Both the position numbers and the translations under genes were made by a program. The notes under the pieces are model-generated. The model ran no database searches. It worked only from the letters and a program-made list of their open reading frames with translations, and was not told the DNA's origin. A DNA stretch of 10,183 nt from a bacterium (GTDB taxonomy: Bacteria > Electryoneota > Electryoneia > Electryoneales > Electryoneaceae), in the NCBI GenBank assembly GCA_043801585.1, contig JAZDLX010000180.1, forward strand, positions 1 through 10,183, given 5' to 3'. This document shows positions 7,241-10,183 of the stretch, in pieces. Each line of letters starts with the position of its first letter. Position 1 is the first letter of the stretch.

Positions 7241-7275
7241 AAACCCGATCGGTCAACTGACTGATCGGGCCACCC
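7241..7275. repeat. D-family palindrome (AAACCCG-stem-loop-CGGGCCACCC)
   Basis: AAACCCGATCGGTCA-AC-TGACTGATCGGGCCACCC shares its flanks with the copies at 3713, 3788, 4088 and 4295. Confidence 0.8.
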
Positions 7276-7378
7276 ACCCGGGAGGTGATCGCCGAGATGG
7301 ATAGCACGAGGTTTTGGAAGAGGATAAACCCGGCAAATCATTCCAGTCTGACAGGTTTTACGTGAGCGGACATTCCGG

Positions 7379-7975
7379 TCACTCGGCATTAGCCAGTCCC
7401 GCAACGCGCCCGAGCACATAGTCACGTACATCGTCGGGCCATTCCTCGATCAGCGTGGTGAGACGTGGCAGATCGCGTGCATAGAGGGCGCGTGTCACCT
7501 CCTCGAAATGGGGGAAGTCCCCCGCCATGTCCCAGAGAAAACGGTCAACCGCTTCCTGAGTCCGGCGGATGATGTCACGCCCGTTCTCATTCCGCCGGGC
7601 CTCGTCCACCAGCCGCCGGATGGTCGCCGATGCCCCACCGCGCTGGGTGGAGAGCCACTCCCAGTGGCGTGGGAGCAGCGACACCTCCCGTGACACCACA
7701 CCCAGTCTGGGGCGCCCAGGTCCGCTTTTCTGCAGGGTCGAGGAAACCTCTTTGGGGACCTGCGGGTGCTCGGCCAGACGCGCGATCACGTCTTCCTCGC
7801 TGCCGTGCAGATCGACATCCAGCCGCCTGCCCGTGGCATCGTCATACAGCGCAAACCTTTCCTGCTTTCCCTCTTCCATCGCCTTTCTCGCTCGCAGCAC
7901 AACAGCGTTCAGCGCGCCATGAGCGAGCTGCCGATGGCCCGCGAAAAGGGTGTAACTATGAGTGATTTCGTCCAT
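7379..7975 (-). CDS. DUF2239 family protein (198 aa)
   Basis: YDDATGRRLDVDLHGS, GPGRPRLGVVSREVSLLPRHWEWLSTQRGGASATIRRLVDEAR and MAGDFPHFEEVTRALYA match my recollection of the family. GAGG upstream favours ATG 7975 over 8005. Confidence 0.9.
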   Translation of the reverse strand: MDEITHSYTLFAGHRQLAHGALNAVVLRARKAMEEGKQERFALYDDATGRRLDVDLHGSEEDVIARLAEHPQVPKEVSSTLQKSGPGRPRLGVVSREVSLLPRHWEWLSTQRGGASATIRRLVDEARRNENGRDIIRRTQEAVDRFLWDMAGDFPHFEEVTRALYARDLPRLTTLIEEWPDDVRDYVLGRVAGLANAE

Positions 7976-8028
7976 CGTTTCCTCGTGATTGATCTTCCGC
8001 ATCATACGTATTATTCCGCGACACGGCT

Positions 8029-8073
8029 AAATTACCCGGGTAAAATTGCGAAATCAATATTACCCGGATAAAA
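8029..8073 (-). promoter_or_regulatory. Putative sigma70 promoter of the DUF2239 gene, overlapped by two palindromic operator-like sites
   Basis: Minus strand TTGATT (8057-8052), 17 bp, TAATTT (8034-8029). Plus-strand repeats ATTACCCGGGTAAAA (8031-8045) and ATTACCCGGATAAAA (8059-8073). Confidence 0.65.
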
Positions 8074-8634
8074 GGACTCTCAGGGAGTTGAAGGGTTGTC
8101 TTCCCGCAAGGCAAGTGCAACAAATACAGTGGCAGACATGCGGGCTGAACCTGGCTTGCCGAAAATCTCCAGAGTACGAAAACCCTCGCCTTGCGAACAC
8201 CCGGCGAAGTGACCGTTTGCGAGGGACTGATCACTCGGGCTGTTGCACTTCAGACTTGAATTCGCTGATTATTTTCTAGAAACGGCCGTCAACGGCAACT
8301 GTCACTTTTGGCTCGCCCGGGATCAGCAAGAAGTGTAGCCGACCACTTACGGCGGTGAGGGTATTCCTGTCCACAGGGTCGAACGTATCCAGGGTCGCTG
8401 AACCCAGGCTACCGATCGCCGAAGGCTTTGCATGAAAGAATGCGAATAAACCGGCGGAGACAATCGCAGGCTTGGCCACCATGCTGAACATTCAACTTGC
8501 CGTTATTGGACTTTGCTGCTCCCTCCCGGAGGCATTGGGCAAAAGTTGTTTCCACACGTTTTTCACGTGCGGGGTGTGTACTCTCTCACCAGAACCGTAA
8601 AGGATTCATCCACATATATGATCTGGGAGGAACC

Positions 8635-9546
8635 ATGAACCGTATCCTTCTAATCCTGGTCGCTGTGGTTGTCATCATCATCGTTATCCTGTCGATCGGG
8701 AACCGCCATAACGATTCGAGCGTGGTCGAGGCGAAGGGATTCCACCTTGACAGCACGGGATTCAAGACACCTGAATCGGTCTTTTACGACTCCGACGCAG
8801 ACCTCTACCTCGTTTCCAACATCAACGGCAGCCCGACAGACATGGACGACAACGGATTCATCAGCCGTGTCAACCCGGACGGATCGATCTCCGAGCTGAA
8901 GTGGATCGACGGCGCCGACGAAAACGTCACCCTGTCCGCCCCCAAAGGCATGGCGGTTGCCGGAGAGGTCCTCTACGTCTCCGACATCAACGCTTTACGT
9001 CTCTTCGACAAGCAATCGGGTGAACCGGTAGGGGCAGTCAAGATCCCCGGCAGCACCTTCCTGAACGATGTGGTTGCGGACGGCCAAGGGGGCGTGTATG
9101 TCTCCGACAGCGGCCTGAACCCCGATTTTTCCGCCTCGGGGACTGACGCCGTCTATCACGTTCTCGCTGACTGGAGCGTCGAGACAGTTGCGAAGGGCAA
9201 GGAGCTGATGCGTCCAAACGGTCTCGCCATGGTGGACGGAACTCTTCTCTGTATCACCTTCGGGGGAAAATCGCTGTTGAAGATCGGCATGGACGGAACC
9301 ATATCGACGGAGGCCGAACTTCCGGGGGGCTCCCTCGACGGAATCGAACAAGCCAAGGACGGTCGTTTGCTGATCTCGAGCTGGGAAACGAAGACGGTTT
9401 ACGCTGTCGATGGAGAAGGCACCGCGACAGCACTGGTAACTGACGTCGAATCCCCGGCCGACATTGGCTACGACGGGAAGCGCAACCTGGTGCTGATTCC
9501 GCTGTTTTCGCTTGACGCGATCTCGGTAGTGCCTGTGGGGCAGTGA
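8635..9546 (+). CDS. Exported or membrane-anchored SMP-30/gluconolactonase/LRE-like beta-propeller protein (303 aa)
   Basis: GGAGG at 8626-8630 before ATG 8635. Hydrophobic N-terminus MNRILLILVAVVVIIIVILSIG. Blade motifs GFKTPESV, LSAPKGM, FLNDVV, PNGL, LDGIE, SPADIGYD. Confidence 0.88.
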   Translation: MNRILLILVAVVVIIIVILSIGNRHNDSSVVEAKGFHLDSTGFKTPESVFYDSDADLYLVSNINGSPTDMDDNGFISRVNPDGSISELKWIDGADENVTLSAPKGMAVAGEVLYVSDINALRLFDKQSGEPVGAVKIPGSTFLNDVVADGQGGVYVSDSGLNPDFSASGTDAVYHVLADWSVETVAKGKELMRPNGLAMVDGTLLCITFGGKSLLKIGMDGTISTEAELPGGSLDGIEQAKDGRLLISSWETKTVYAVDGEGTATALVTDVESPADIGYDGKRNLVLIPLFSLDAISVVPVGQ

Positions 9547-9625
9547 CTTCGGCGAGGCATCCGAAAACTCTCTTCTGAAACCATGGTTCAGGGTTTCGGA
9601 TGACTTTCAAGAACGAGGGAATCGG

Positions 9626-9654
9626 TTGACTCACCGGAGGTCCCCGTGTATATT
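9626..9654 (+). promoter_or_regulatory. Putative sigma70 promoter upstream of secD
   Basis: TTGACT (9626-9631), 17 bp, TATATT (9649-9654). Confidence 0.6.
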
Positions 9655-9673
9655 CAGGGGCTTATGAATGAAC

Positions 9674-9697
9674 CGGCTCCTCCGGGGGCCGTTTTTT
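9674..9697 (+). terminator. Putative intrinsic terminator
   Basis: CGGCTCC-TCCG-GGGGCCG stem-loop (one G:U pair) followed by TTTTTT. Confidence 0.5.
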
Positions 9698-9779
9698 ACG
9701 GAACGCGGCACCGTGGGTGGTGTTGCAACGACATTTTCAACGACCCGTCTCCCCTGGCGGGCGAACCTTCGCCGACCTC

Positions 9780-10183
9780 ATGCGACGATCCAAACTTTTT
9801 CGAACTGTCCTGATTCTGGCGTTGATCATTATCGCGATCGTCTATCTGTACCCGACGTATCGCACGATCTTGCTGAACGGAACGGTCAACGCAGATTTGG
9901 CAGAACTGGCCTCATTAACCGGCACGTCACAGGCCAATCTGAAGCAGGAGATCTTCCGCTTCGACGTTGACCTGAACCATGAAATCCGCTCCGACAGCAG
10001 CCTTTCCGATACGGCTCGCAACCAGGCGCTGGACGTTGTGCGAACCCTGCGGGATGATATTTATCCCCAGGTCGCCAGCGCTTCCGATGGTGCGATAAAA
10101 CTCGGACTGGACCTGCAGGGCGGCATGCACCTCGTGCTCGAGGTAAACCTTGTCGAGTTGATGCACGACCTCGCAAAGAACAA
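9780..10183 (+). CDS. secD: Protein translocase subunit SecD (or SecDF fusion), 5' partial
   Basis: Manual translation MRRSKLFRTVLILALIIIAIVYLYPTY...AIKLGLDLQGGMHLVLEVNLVELMHDLAKN gives TM1 plus the SecD LGLDLQGG signature, open to the window end. In-frame GTG 9720 and TTG 9723 are alternative starts. Confidence 0.93.
   Translation, partial: MRRSKLFRTVLILALIIIAIVYLYPTYRTILLNGTVNADLAELASLTGTSQANLKQEIFRFDVDLNHEIRSDSSLSDTARNQALDVVRTLRDDIYPQVASASDGAIKLGLDLQGGMHLVLEVNLVELMHDLAKN

Noticed and set aside
7009..7378. Glycine riboswitch upstream of gcvPB
   Set aside because: I could not find the conserved aptamer motifs in the proper order on the minus strand, and REP-like repeats explain the hairpins. 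An Rfam scan would settle it.
8276..8491. 71-aa minus-strand ORF
   Set aside because: No clear ribosome-binding site or recognisable motif; it cannot be supported without a homology search.
8635..9546. Secretion-monitoring arrest peptide upstream of secD
   Set aside because: The protein looks like a complete beta-propeller, has no RAPP-like C-terminal motif, and ends 233 bp before secD with a promoter-like sequence between.

Overview
GC-rich (about 60% by eye) bacterial chromosomal window. Genes in order: a dinG-family helicase fused to a DEDDh exonuclease (minus strand, runs off the left edge, missing from the ORF track); an aldo/keto reductase (+); a ~1.1 kb mosaic of palindromic REP-like repeats (3279-4337); an AT-rich (about 30% GC) 404-aa unknown protein with a HEPN-like RxxxxH motif, wedged between the repeats and the gcvPB stop; gcvPB with no adjacent gcvPA (-); a DUF2239 protein (-) with twin palindromes over its predicted promoter; an exported SMP-30/gluconolactonase-like beta-propeller (+); and the 5' end of secD (+, also missing from the ORF track). 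The least explained signals are (i) 20-30 bp mini-elements nested inside other palindromes, with empty and filled versions of one site both visible here, (ii) a repeat family with fixed flanks and covarying stems, (iii) the foreign HEPN-like gene with no intergenic room for its own promoter, and (iv) the candidate DUF2239 operator. No transposase, integrase, CRISPR array or tRNA/rRNA was seen. All calls come from reading the sequence; no database searches were run.
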